Source of the DNA: a virus
IMG/VR virus record: IMGVR_UViG_3300035698_004199
Location: 10,292 to 74,291 of that record
DNA: 64,000 nt
Strand: one strand, 5' to 3'
Shown: positions 16,400 to 27,300 of the stretch, piece after piece
Layout: the number at the start of each line of letters is the position of its first letter
Numbering within the stretch: position 1 is the stretch's first letter
The notes under the pieces: model-generated
Database searches by the model: none
Told to the model about the DNA's origin: nothing
Seen by the model: the letters and a program-made list of their open reading frames with translations, nothing else
Program-made: the position numbers and the translations under genes

Positions 16400-17599
16400 A
16401 TGCAAATCACACTTAGTTCATTACAACAGGCTTTGGCTCCGATGGAAGAACTTGGTCAGGGAGAAGTCACATTCCCTTGTAACAAGCTTAACATCACCCT
16501 TCGAATCACTACTCCAGAACAGGAAGTGGAGATCAAAAGGTTTTCTGGGGGGGCTCTTTCAGGGGGTGAAGAAGAAGAGTCTGTTACTTCTACTTCAGAT
16601 TATCTTGAGAGGTTTAAGCTGGCAACCCTATCCTATGCCATTGTTGCTATTGATGCTTTAGATCTTAGGCATGTTGAGTGGGTAGAGACAGATGAGAAAC
16701 TTTCAAACGGTAACAATATAAAAATTGCTAAGGCTGCTGCCATACAAAGCATTATCACAAAATGGACGGGGACAGCCCGTTCAGCAGTATTCCGTAAGTA
16801 CGGAGAACTTACAGCTAAGGTTGAACGAGAAGCTGAAAATGCTATTGAGTTTGAACCTTCTGATTTAGCAACTGAGATTGAACGTCTGGAAAATAGACTG
16901 GTGCTTCTAAAAGAAGAACAGAAAAAACTGACTCCTGCTTTGGGGACGGATGTTTCCCGGCTAACAGTAGCAATGGTATCAGAGGAAAAACAAAGTCAGC
17001 AGGCCCTCCACAAACAAATGGATCAGTTAGTAGACATGCGTTTGGGAGGCCAAGAGGAAGTGCAAGAGGAAGCATTAGAGCAGGTACAGCCCCCAATAAG
17101 TAACTTCCCTAAGATGGTCCCTCCAGTAGCTCAAACAGCACCCCCAATAGTTCAGACTCCTGTGCAAGCGGTTACACAGCCTACACAAACCGCCCAGAAG
17201 CCACAACAGCCTGTGTATGAGTCCTTTGTAGACACTTCAGACAGAGACTCTATGGAAGCATCAATGGAAGCTGAGAACAAGCGGTTATGGAAGGCTCGTC
17301 AAGATGCGGGAATTGGTTTAGCACCGGCACCCCAACCTACTACACGTAGAGCACCTCATTTGGACGCCCTTGAAACTGCTCAGGGAGTAGCGTCTGATTT
17401 ATCAGAAGAGGAGCTGGCCTTTACAGCGGCCCGTGCAGTGAGAAAAGAAACTGCAGATGGTGTGGAAGTCTATCAGATGCCTACTGAAAAAATTGGGGCA
17501 GACAACCCTCCAGTAATTAAAACAGGAACACCAAAAGTTAATCCTGTCAATCAAAGTAGTAATAACCCAAGATTTCGCAACCCCAACAATATGAAGTAG
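16400..17599 (+). CDS. Putative tail assembly chaperone with coiled coil and disordered Pro/Gln-rich C-terminus
   Basis: Lies between tube and tape measure; N-terminal ITLR...LSYAIVAID...VFRKYGEL domain; RBS GAGG before ATG 16400. Confidence 0.6.
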   Translation: MQITLSSLQQALAPMEELGQGEVTFPCNKLNITLRITTPEQEVEIKRFSGGALSGGEEEESVTSTSDYLERFKLATLSYAIVAIDALDLRHVEWVETDEKLSNGNNIKIAKAAAIQSIITKWTGTARSAVFRKYGELTAKVEREAENAIEFEPSDLATEIERLENRLVLLKEEQKKLTPALGTDVSRLTVAMVSEEKQSQQALHKQMDQLVDMRLGGQEEVQEEALEQVQPPISNFPKMVPPVAQTAPPIVQTPVQAVTQPTQTAQKPQQPVYESFVDTSDRDSMEASMEAENKRLWKARQDAGIGLAPAPQPTTRRAPHLDALETAQGVASDLSEEELAFTAARAVRKETADGVEVYQMPTEKIGADNPPVIKTGTPKVNPVNQSSNNPRFRNPNNMK

Positions 17600-17611
17600 G
17601 GGGGCCACCCC

Positions 17612-18823
17612 TTGACGGACACCACACTACCTATAACTACACCAGAACAAAGGGCACCCTATTATTCTGATGTAGAGGCCCTTATTAACCCAGGGTTTCT
17701 AACACATTCAGTGGTGGTGGGCGGCGTTCAAATGTCCTTCAGGTCTTTGGGGCCCGGTGACATCTTTCTTCTACAAGCTCGTGTAGGCCAAAACAAAGAT
17801 GATAGTACTTGGAAGCTGTGGACCATAGCATCTTCTATATGGCTTCTGGATGGCTTTGTGCTGTTAGGTGATGCCCATGCAACTCCCTATATCAAAAAGA
17901 GTCTGGAGAGGCTTCCTAAAACGGTTAAAGACACATTGTTTAGTTTGGTGTTGGGGCTTTTTAGTCGCCAACAAGTTGCCGCTACTTCAGTGGAATCTTT
18001 CAGCTATGAAAACAGCTCCCGTTATCTATGGAAAACTTTTGCAGAACATGTGCCTACGGCACACGCAGGTTTGGTGGGTACTGAAACTTTAGGGACTAAC
18101 CACGCCCAGCGTATGTGGACTTTCTATAATGAGATGGAAGACCGGAGGATCAAGGATGAGACTGCTTGGGAGGGGTTCAAACTTGTAGCATCTGCCACTG
18201 CTGGTAAGGGTATCCAAAAGATTGATCAGCGAGATAGGGAGCAACGTGAAAAGGAAAAAGAACGCAGGCAAGTAGTTCAGGATAAGTTTTACTATACGAA
18301 GCTGGGTTATGATATTCCTGATGAGGCCCCGCTAGAAAGTAAACTAACAGGCCGCCATGCTAAAACGGTAGAGGATCTATCTTCTGAAATGCGTAACTGG
18401 GTGTCTGGCCAAGAGGACTTCCATGATCAGATTGTTCGTGAATACAAAGAACGGGTGACAGCACAGTATGAAGCAGAGCAAAAAGCCCGTGTTGACCGAG
18501 CTGAAGCATTCCATAAGAAAATTGCTGAATCCGAATTAGGTTTACAGCCTACAACAAACATGGTGGGTTATTCCAGTACACAGCTACAAGAATTACTAGG
18601 CACCCGTAAGCATGGTGCTGGTGGTCGTTTCCTACCTTCTGAAGTGCCCATAGTTCAAGATAGCCTCTATAATAAGTTCTTAAAGAGAGCCCCAAGTTCG
18701 GGGTTGCTACAAGTTTCAGGGGATAAGATGGAAGTGGTAGGCGGCCCTACAGGTCCTGTAAAGGATTTAACAGCTTTGATTTCAGAACGTAAGGTTCCGT
18801 TTAGCTCTGAAGAGGATAGTTAA
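17612..18823 (+). CDS. Second putative tail assembly chaperone (TTG start, or read-through extension of the previous ORF)
   Basis: Same frame as the upstream ORF; related N-terminal domain; its stop overlaps the tape measure start (TAATG). Confidence 0.6.
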   Translation: MTDTTLPITTPEQRAPYYSDVEALINPGFLTHSVVVGGVQMSFRSLGPGDIFLLQARVGQNKDDSTWKLWTIASSIWLLDGFVLLGDAHATPYIKKSLERLPKTVKDTLFSLVLGLFSRQQVAATSVESFSYENSSRYLWKTFAEHVPTAHAGLVGTETLGTNHAQRMWTFYNEMEDRRIKDETAWEGFKLVASATAGKGIQKIDQRDREQREKEKERRQVVQDKFYYTKLGYDIPDEAPLESKLTGRHAKTVEDLSSEMRNWVSGQEDFHDQIVREYKERVTAQYEAEQKARVDRAEAFHKKIAESELGLQPTTNMVGYSSTQLQELLGTRKHGAGGRFLPSEVPIVQDSLYNKFLKRAPSSGLLQVSGDKMEVVGGPTGPVKDLTALISERKVPFSSEEDS

Positions 18824-21800
18824 TGGCTACGAATAACACAGTATTAGATGTATTGCTCAGAGCGGATACAGGAGAGTTTAAGAAAGACATAGCTAGTGTA
18901 GCTACAGACTATATCACAACTATGTCGCGGGGGTTAGCACAGGCAAACCTTAAGATACTGAAGGATCGGTCTAGTCAATTAGAGAGAGATACGCAGAAAA
19001 TAAAGGCTTTGGAGAGTCGGCTGACTGGTACAAGTTTATCCTCAGAATTACGTGCTAGGCTGGAGAATGAAAAGAAGGTTGCTCTAGCCGCTAAAAAACT
19101 ATCAGAAGAAGATTTTAAGAAACATATAGCACAAGAGAAAAAGCTTACCTCAATCCGTAAAAAAGATTTTCAGAAGGTTGCGGGGGCTAAAGAAACAAGT
19201 CAGTATCATGCAGCAGCAGGTGCTGCTATTGGAGCAGGGATCGGAGAGGCTTTTTCAGACATTACTTCAAAAGACCTAACCCGTATGATCCAGGGGCCGA
19301 TTAATAAAATGGGTTCCTTGTTGGAAAAAGCCGGAGAGGGGTTAATGAAAAAAGCCCCTGAAGGAAGTGTTGGCGGGCTCATGTCAGGTACAGGAAAGAT
19401 GCTTGCTACTTTAGGCCCCGCTATTGCTGCAATAGGTGCTATAGCAGGAGCTTTCACGGTATTATTGGGCATTGTTTTCATGGCTGACTCTAAAACCAAA
19501 GAGTACAACAAAACCTTGCTGGACTCTGGAATTGCTGGGGCTGATGTTGCAAGGAAGACCTCGCAAGTAACAGCTTCTTTTACAGAGATGCACAAGGCAT
19601 TTAGCAACACAGATCTCACAAAAAACTGGAGTATTCTAGTTAAAGACCAGATACAACTATTAGGGGCATTTGCGGATGCGGGTGTGCCCATAGCAGAATT
19701 TCAACGTGGTGTTAGTGGTGCTGCAGCCCAGATGAAAACCTTAACGGAAGCTACAAAGGTTGCTGTAGTCTATTCTAAGCTGCTGGGATTGTCTTCACAG
19801 GAGATTGCAACCACCACAGCAATTTATATGTCTGAATTAGGTATGTCACTGCAAGGGGTGCAAGAAAGGTTCTCTGCTATCGCACAGGCCGCCGAATCTT
19901 CTGGCTTTAGTACCAAGCGGTTCATGTCCATGTTAATCCAGGCAACTTCTTCAATGAGTATGTATAACGTGCGGCTGGAAGAGGCTGCTGGGCTTTTGAC
20001 CGACTTAGGGCAGATCTTGGGACAGCGTATGGGGGCCGATGCTTTGGGCAAGATGCTTCAAGGCATGAAGGGTGCTTCTACACAGGATTTGATCAAGCGT
20101 ATCAAAGTTACGGGTAAAGGCAGGTTCGCTGAAAACGCTCAGATAGGTGCGACGGCTCAAACTGGTGAGTTTATGCGGAAAGCTCAAGATCAAAAGGGTG
20201 CTGTAGGGATGCTAAGGGCCGCTGGTATTGATACAGAAGGGACTGATACTGATATTGCAAAACAGTTTGCAAAACTAAGTAATAAGGAGAGGGGGTCATT
20301 AGTAGCTGAAATCCGTAGTTTGAAGCCCGGCTTAGCCACAGCTTTACTGACAGCTATTGATTCTTCCCAGGCATTCAATGGGACAGTGGGGAGTTTGGCT
20401 ACAGCTGCAAGAGCTTTAGGCCCAGCAGCAAACATGCTTTTAGATTACGCTCAAATTGAAGGTGCCCCAGGCGGTGGCCCATTAGAAAAGTTAAATCTAA
20501 ACAACGAAAGAACTATGATGGCTTTGGAAAACATTACAGGTAAGTCGGCAGAGGACATTCATGTAATGCGACGGATTTGGGATGAGTTTTCTGCTAGGGA
20601 TCGTGAGATTGCAGCATATCAGGAGAAGATCAAGGGGGGGGTTTCTTCAGGGGACACCGCCGCTTTTAAAGCCCTTTCTCATGCTTGGGGTATTGAGGTA
20701 GATGAAATCTCAGGACAGCTCTATAAGGTTGTGGGTGATAACAGGGTGGCTATTGAAAATGGTATAAAAACTCTTATCACATCTACAGGGGACGCTATAG
20801 TGAAGGGTGCCTTACCTGAAAAGGTGTCTGAAGATTTGGAACGTGCCCGAGAAATTTCAGATAATACCCGTGATATCAGTCAGTTCCTAGAATCTACTGT
20901 AGAGCAACTGTTAACGGATATTTCTTTAACTGTTCGGGATATTTTGGGGTACTTGCCCGGGGGCCAAGAAAAAGCAGTTGCTAGGGAACTCCAAAAAAAA
21001 GAGGTTGCTATTGCAACTTCTAAAATTAAAGAAAAAACCGCTTTTGTAAGCCAAGCAAGACAATCTGTCTTAGGATCTAATACTTATGATTTAGAAAAGG
21101 AGAATGCCTTGACAAAGGCTCAAAAGGAATTGGAGGGAGCTAAGCGGGAACTTCAAACAGCTAAAGAAACTTATACAGAGTTGATTAGCTCAAGTAAAGG
21201 CGTGCTTCCGAAAGGTGGTGCAAACGCAGCTGAGATTGTAGCCAATGCTAAAGCAAATATTGCTCACAGGAATCTGTCTCCTGAAGGCCAACAGGCAGTC
21301 TCAACTGCTGTGACAGCAAAGACTACACACTTACGTCGCAACTACCCACATGGTGTACACGGTTCTTATTTTCCTGAAGGTATGGAGTCCGATAATTTTG
21401 CTGACATCCCAAAAGCAACTAGGCAAGCTATTGATGAACAAACTAAAATAGAAACAGGAGTGAGTCAATCAATTTTTGAAAAAGAAAAGCAAGATGATAA
21501 AACAGCTGCTGATAAAGCTAGTAAGGCTCAACTTGAGAATTTTAAAACAGCCCTAGAGTTTCAGAGCCGAAAAGAAAAAGAAGCAGCTCTCAGGGCCATT
21601 CTTGCTGGCAGCGGCATCTCAGAAAAAGGCGTTAATACTCCTGGACTTTTAGATATGATCACTTCAGGTGCTCCGTTATCTGCTGAAATGCAAAAGGTAC
21701 TCCCCGAGATTTTGCCCACACTAGAGAACGCTGGTATTCATCGTGGTGCCCCCATGGCCAATGACTTAGTAATGCAAGTAGGGGCCAACGGCGTAAAATT

Positions 21801-21972
21801 TGCACAGCGAGTAGACCCCGGTGATGTGGGTGTGTTCTCAAAACCAGGGGGTGCGATAGCACAAGCGGGAAGGGGTTCCTCAAGCGGGGGCGTAACAAAC
21901 TTCCATCTTTATGGTGAAGGCATCAGCAATATGAAAATGATTGAACGTGCTTCAGAGGCAGGGCTGATCTAA
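18823..21972 (+). CDS. Tape measure protein (1049 aa)
   Basis: Long Ala/Gly/Lys-rich helical protein with a hydrophobic segment (LGPAIAAIGAIAGAFTVLLGIVF), in the canonical position. Confidence 0.85.
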   Translation: MATNNTVLDVLLRADTGEFKKDIASVATDYITTMSRGLAQANLKILKDRSSQLERDTQKIKALESRLTGTSLSSELRARLENEKKVALAAKKLSEEDFKKHIAQEKKLTSIRKKDFQKVAGAKETSQYHAAAGAAIGAGIGEAFSDITSKDLTRMIQGPINKMGSLLEKAGEGLMKKAPEGSVGGLMSGTGKMLATLGPAIAAIGAIAGAFTVLLGIVFMADSKTKEYNKTLLDSGIAGADVARKTSQVTASFTEMHKAFSNTDLTKNWSILVKDQIQLLGAFADAGVPIAEFQRGVSGAAAQMKTLTEATKVAVVYSKLLGLSSQEIATTTAIYMSELGMSLQGVQERFSAIAQAAESSGFSTKRFMSMLIQATSSMSMYNVRLEEAAGLLTDLGQILGQRMGADALGKMLQGMKGASTQDLIKRIKVTGKGRFAENAQIGATAQTGEFMRKAQDQKGAVGMLRAAGIDTEGTDTDIAKQFAKLSNKERGSLVAEIRSLKPGLATALLTAIDSSQAFNGTVGSLATAARALGPAANMLLDYAQIEGAPGGGPLEKLNLNNERTMMALENITGKSAEDIHVMRRIWDEFSARDREIAAYQEKIKGGVSSGDTAAFKALSHAWGIEVDEISGQLYKVVGDNRVAIENGIKTLITSTGDAIVKGALPEKVSEDLERAREISDNTRDISQFLESTVEQLLTDISLTVRDILGYLPGGQEKAVARELQKKEVAIATSKIKEKTAFVSQARQSVLGSNTYDLEKENALTKAQKELEGAKRELQTAKETYTELISSSKGVLPKGGANAAEIVANAKANIAHRNLSPEGQQAVSTAVTAKTTHLRRNYPHGVHGSYFPEGMESDNFADIPKATRQAIDEQTKIETGVSQSIFEKEKQDDKTAADKASKAQLENFKTALEFQSRKEKEAALRAILAGSGISEKGVNTPGLLDMITSGAPLSAEMQKVLPEILPTLENAGIHRGAPMANDLVMQVGANGVKFAQRVDPGDVGVFSKPGGAIAQAGRGSSSGGVTNFHLYGEGISNMKMIERASEAGLI

Positions 21973-22676
21973 TGGCATTAGGCACAGCAAGAACTAGAAC
22001 CCCCATCTTTAAGTCGGCTTTTAAGTCCGCTCAGGATGAGTTTGATCCTAATCTTGCAAAACGCCCCTTTGTGTTTGATATCTTGGGGCCCGACATGGAG
22101 ACCAGCATTCTACCTGAATCCTTGAAGATGGTTTTGCATGTACCGCCACAGTCTATCTCTTTCAATTATGCCAAGCAGATTGAAAGGATACAAACTAGAG
22201 GTGGCTTTGTAGAACAGCACTGGGGAGAAGGAGTCCGTAGTTTTGATCTCAGTATGGTTACAGGTGGCTTTATGCGGCTCTATTCTGGAATGTCTAACAT
22301 TACAGGTGGTACAGGGGCCTTTGATGCGGGCGGTTCCCGTAGGGAGACAATCGCTTATGATAAGTACCTAGACCTTCTAGCCCTGTTCCATAACAATGGC
22401 AGCATTTATGATAACACAGGGAAGATTGTATTCCAGGGTGCTATCAAAGTAACTTTTGATGGTGGTATCTATCTAGGGTGGTTTGACTCTTTTGGTGTGC
22501 TGGAAGATGCTACACGTCCTTATTTATTTACACTTACAACAAAGTTTACTGTAAGTCAAGAACTACTGAGATTCAGGTCTACACCAACTCGGACTACTGG
22601 TACTACTGGAACAACAGCAAAAGACTTTGGATCTACTATTGAAGGTTTCTTAGATCAGACTGGAGGCAATGGCTAA
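21972..22676 (+). CDS. Tail tube initiator-like baseplate protein (T4 gp48/gp54-like role)
   Basis: LHVPPQSISFNYAK...QTRGGFVEQHWGE...YLGWFDSF pattern; directly after the tape measure. Confidence 0.7.
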   Translation: MALGTARTRTPIFKSAFKSAQDEFDPNLAKRPFVFDILGPDMETSILPESLKMVLHVPPQSISFNYAKQIERIQTRGGFVEQHWGEGVRSFDLSMVTGGFMRLYSGMSNITGGTGAFDAGGSRRETIAYDKYLDLLALFHNNGSIYDNTGKIVFQGAIKVTFDGGIYLGWFDSFGVLEDATRPYLFTLTTKFTVSQELLRFRSTPTRTTGTTGTTAKDFGSTIEGFLDQTGGNG

Positions 22677-24373
22677 TGGGTGTGTCTGGTGGAATTATTA
22701 AAATAGGTCCCTTAAAGCTTGGTTACCAAGTCAATACGGGTTCTGGAGAATCCTCTGGAATCAGTTTTGGCCCTACAGATGGTGGTGTGTTTGCAAAGGT
22801 CACTATGCCACAGCAATCTCAAGTGGACACTTTTGGTGGTTTAGATGCCACACCTATTATCTCAGACCCTACAACGACTACTTATCAATTTGCTGCACAG
22901 TGGGACTCGCCACCAGAAGTACCTGTAGCTACCCTACCTGAAGTCTTACCACCTCCCCAAGTACAAGCACCTAAAACCCGTAAAACTCCAGTGAGTCCAA
23001 AACCAGTTACAGGAAGTGGTTCAGAAAGCACTCCTGACACAGTACCAGGACCCGCTATCCCTGCATTCGTTGCAGCACCCCCTGTAACTTCCAACACAGG
23101 CTCCCTAACAGACTTACAGCAGACATTCCAGGGAACGCCTTTGTCAAAGCTTGAAGGGGCTGACAAGGCAGCACGTCGTGCTGCAAATTACAATGAGAAT
23201 CGTGGGCAGCAAATAGAACAAGCAGTTTCAAACCCCCCGGTACCCAGAGACTTCATAGCCTTGCAGACAGGCCCTGAATTTAGTGCCGAGCATGAGGCCC
23301 CAACTGCCCGTGCAATATCAATGGCAGACCCTCTACTACGTAAGTTATCACCGTTCTTAATTCAGCTAGAGCCACCTTTGGTTTTTGGTGATGATGGTGG
23401 GTTTTTAAACAAGGATAATAATTCAATCCCAGTAGATACTTATGGACGTGCTGCTGGTGGTTTCCGTGGTTATGACACAGCAAGAGCTTCTGTTGCTCAG
23501 TCTGTATTGGCTACTGGGGTCAATGGCCAAGTTAGTTCAATGCAGGAGTTTATCAATGTGAACGGGGGGAAGGCTGCAAAATCCAAAACTAGTTCAGCTC
23601 CTTCTACAAATGGATCCCGCTTAGGAGAACCTGCTGTTGCAGATCTGTTGGCAGCGGTAGACGTGGCTTGGCAGCTTTCTGCTATTATGCAGGCCCCGCC
23701 GCTAGTACTGTTGATCAACCCTGCAAGTTTACAGTTGTCTTTTAACAAAGTACAGCAGTTTCAGGAACGTACACGCTATGGGTATCTCTTCCATGCTTGG
23801 GGAGAGGAACAGCCTCGGCTACAAGTCACAGCTAATTGTGGTGCTTTCATGTCTGCGGGGCGTGGTGTTCAGTATGCCAGTAAGCGGGACTCAGCGTCAT
23901 GGCAGAACTTGATGACGGCTTTCCAGTTCTACAAGAATAACGGTTACATATATGATACTATTGGGAAGTCTAATGCTCATCATTTTGTAGGTGCTTTATC
24001 TATCCATTATGATCATTGGATTTATTATGGGCATTTTGATAGTTTTAGCTGGTCACATGACTCAACTAATGAGTTGGGTGGGGTAGGGTTTGAAACGAGC
24101 TTTGTGGTATCTGCTATGGTAGACACGGCACCACAACCTTTTGTGGTTACTCCGATGAAGTCTCCAACACCTAGTGCTAGTGACCCCCGGTATCAAGGTA
24201 TGAGAAACAGGGCGCAAAATGTTCCGGGTGAGATATCTGTGGGGTCTTTATTTACTCCTGTGGGTTCCTCTCAGGCCCCCTCGGGTTTTCAGAATTTCGC
24301 TTCGGTAATTGGTCCGGGGGAAAGATCAGTAAATGTAGCTCCAGCTGGTAAGGCTGGAGCATTTAGATTGTAG
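22676..24373 (+). CDS. Second tube-initiator-like protein with long Pro/Thr-rich N-terminal extension
   Basis: The C-terminal domain aligns by eye with the previous gene (LLINPASLQLSFNK...TRYGYLFHAWGE...NNGYIYD...YYGHFDSF). Confidence 0.7.
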   Translation: MGVSGGIIKIGPLKLGYQVNTGSGESSGISFGPTDGGVFAKVTMPQQSQVDTFGGLDATPIISDPTTTTYQFAAQWDSPPEVPVATLPEVLPPPQVQAPKTRKTPVSPKPVTGSGSESTPDTVPGPAIPAFVAAPPVTSNTGSLTDLQQTFQGTPLSKLEGADKAARRAANYNENRGQQIEQAVSNPPVPRDFIALQTGPEFSAEHEAPTARAISMADPLLRKLSPFLIQLEPPLVFGDDGGFLNKDNNSIPVDTYGRAAGGFRGYDTARASVAQSVLATGVNGQVSSMQEFINVNGGKAAKSKTSSAPSTNGSRLGEPAVADLLAAVDVAWQLSAIMQAPPLVLLINPASLQLSFNKVQQFQERTRYGYLFHAWGEEQPRLQVTANCGAFMSAGRGVQYASKRDSASWQNLMTAFQFYKNNGYIYDTIGKSNAHHFVGALSIHYDHWIYYGHFDSFSWSHDSTNELGGVGFETSFVVSAMVDTAPQPFVVTPMKSPTPSASDPRYQGMRNRAQNVPGEISVGSLFTPVGSSQAPSGFQNFASVIGPGERSVNVAPAGKAGAFRL

Positions 24374-24380
24374 GTTTGTA

Positions 24381-27300
24381 ATGGGACTAACACAACGGCC
24401 ATATATAGGTACTTGGAGTATGGGGCAGAGAAAAGTTCTGCAACAGACCCCTGATGCTTTAGTTTACATAAACGGGGATATCTCAATCCCAGGCTGTGCC
24501 CGTTGTAACAGTCGTATCAACATCCAGAACTTTGTAACATCTGTTTCAGTGGATGCTGGGACAACAGCCACTTCAGCTTCAGCCAGTATATCACTTTCAG
24601 TTCCAGTACATCATTTAGATTCCTTTGTTCGGGATGCTCAGTTTATCTTGCACCCAGGGCTTGAAATCCATATTTATCAGCGCGGCTATTTTGCCGTTAA
24701 AGGTTTGTACGACAACCTGCCTGTAAGTACAACAAAGGAAGCTACCCAGGAGACTTCTTTTGCTACAGTAACTTCACAGAAGGCACCTCCCAGTAGTAAT
24801 TCAGAGTACACACCTGAAAAACTGTTTGGGCGACATTATACTAATGCATCCCCTGACATTCAGGCTAATATGAAGACATTGATTCCAAATATTCAAACAA
24901 TGGACCAGTACTTTCAATCTGTATATGGTGGCGGGGCGCATGTAGTAGTCACCAGTTCCTATAGGACTCCCGAGACAAATGAAACTACTGGGGGTGCGGA
25001 TAAGAGCAAGCATCTGCAGGGGAAGGCCATAGACTTTAATGTGGAGTTTGAAAACGGTAGTGCTTTACGCAGGGAAGAAGTTTGGGCGGGATTGCAGAAG
25101 CTTCGTGCTGAAAGCTATATTCAAAAGGGTGGGATCGGTTTTTATGGCCCCCAACAGGATGGTGTGTTAGTTGGAGAACAGATTTATCGTGATGGTACGT
25201 CAACAGATAATATACATTATGATAATGCGGATGGTGGGGACAGAGATTGGTTGTGGTTTACTTCAGATAGAGAAGGCGTGCCCGCTCAAAGAACCAGTCC
25301 AAATAGTACTAATGCACCGATATTGCAGAAAACTTTAGATAGAGTAAACGCAGAAGACATGCCCTCTTCTGTACTATCCTACAACCAGCAGACCGGTACC
25401 CAAGAGGTTTATGCTGAAGTTACAACAACGGATGGAGTTGTACAAGCACAAGTAGGCAGTAACATATTGACTGAAATGGGTCTTACAGACATGGACCTAG
25501 AGAACATGCTGGCCTATCCTTACTATCAAACTTTTCACGGGGTAGTGACTGCTGTAGCAACAACTTGGTCTGCAGGTAATCAGAATATTACATTGTCTTG
25601 CAGCTCTATACTGCATTTCTGGCAATACCATAAAATGTCTACCAATGCAGCATTGTACGGTGTTAAGCCCACTAATTCTAAAGTTAAGTCCTCTGCTGTA
25701 GGGCATAACTTTACGGGCATGCACCCTTACGAAATTATGTATGCCTTACATACAGACACAGCAGGTGCTGCTGGTGGTATTGCTTGGCACCTTTCACAAA
25801 AGACAAATCAACAGGCTCGTTATCAAGGGCAAGACCTTTGGGGCATTAACCTGAAGTACTGGGAGCGTCGTTTTGGACAACGTGAGATCAAGCTCCGATT
25901 ACATGGAGCTACCGGAGAGATTTTCAATGCAGCACAAGCAGCATTTTTATCACGGTTATCGGGAAATGAACTGACTACTCTTTTGAGGCATCGTTTTAAC
26001 ACACCTGAAAACAAAAGAAGGGCTGTGAGCATTCTGTCCCAAGCAAGACTGTTGGGCTTGACAGGGGAAAAGAAAGACGTTTTTGCGGGTGTTGGAGCAC
26101 TGACTTCGGGTCTCTCAAGACCTGATGCTAACAACGAAATCAACTTGGCTGAAATGCAGGCTTTTGTTACTAATATAGCACAGTGGGGGCAATACCAACT
26201 TTTTGAATCCACGTATGCTTCTAAACTGGACATAGCAGAACAAGTCTGTCAAGTAACTGGTTTTGAATTCTATCAAGATGTAGATGGGGACTTTGTGTTT
26301 AAGCCTCCTATGTACAACCTCGACACCTCAGGCAGTAGGGTTTACCGAATAGAAGACATTGACATCATCTCTATTAACTTTGATGAAAAAGAACCTCTGT
26401 ATACTTACTGCACCGTAAAGGGTTCTCAAATTAAGAACACCCAAGGGACAGGTCTGGAAAGCGAATGGGGTGTGCAAGGACAGTACATAGACTACAGGTT
26501 AGTAGCTCAGTATGGGTGGCGTCCTTTAGATTTTTCGTGTGCTTATTTTAATGACCCCAAGAGTATGTTTTTCGCGGCTATTAACAGACTAGACATTATG
26601 AATGCACCTGTGAAAACGGCAACCGTAACTATTCCTGAGCGGCCTGAGATTCGTCCAGGGTATCCTGTCTACATTCCTTACCTGGACTGCTTTTACTATT
26701 GCAATAGTTTTGCACATAGTCATCAGGTGGGCGGTCAATGTACGACAGTACTACAGTTGATTGCTAAGCGTGCAAAATTCTTTGCTCCCGGAGATCCTAA
26801 TAAAGTCAACGAGGGTGTGGGTGCTATAAACCTAGCATACACAGCTTTACCGGCTACCCCTTTACAGGTTCAAGACTTGGATGGGCGTAGCAGGCTTTCA
26901 GGGTTCCCAAATGTAGTCATGGCTCTGGATCCTAATTTGATTAGCCCGAGTTTTTTCTTGATCGGGGCTGATGTTGAAAGTATGGATACGGAAGAATCTT
27001 GGCGTGGTCTTTTCCAGATGGCAGTAGATATGAAGGTCCTAACGAAACATGAAGAGGAACCTGGTAAGTATACAATGTCGCAAGATGCAACTTCAGATGT
27101 AGTTTTTTGGTTTCCTGAGGACGCCCGTTCTGCGGCCCCCGCCGGTGCCAAAGATGTAAACAAACTAATGGCTGAGTATTCTGAACAGCAGACAGATTAT
27201 GAAGAGGGTTTGAAAAAAACTCAGGCGAAAATAAACAAGGCTGCTACAAAGATTTTTAGTAATGCTGCACAGCTAAATGCAATTAAAGGGTCTAAAGCTG

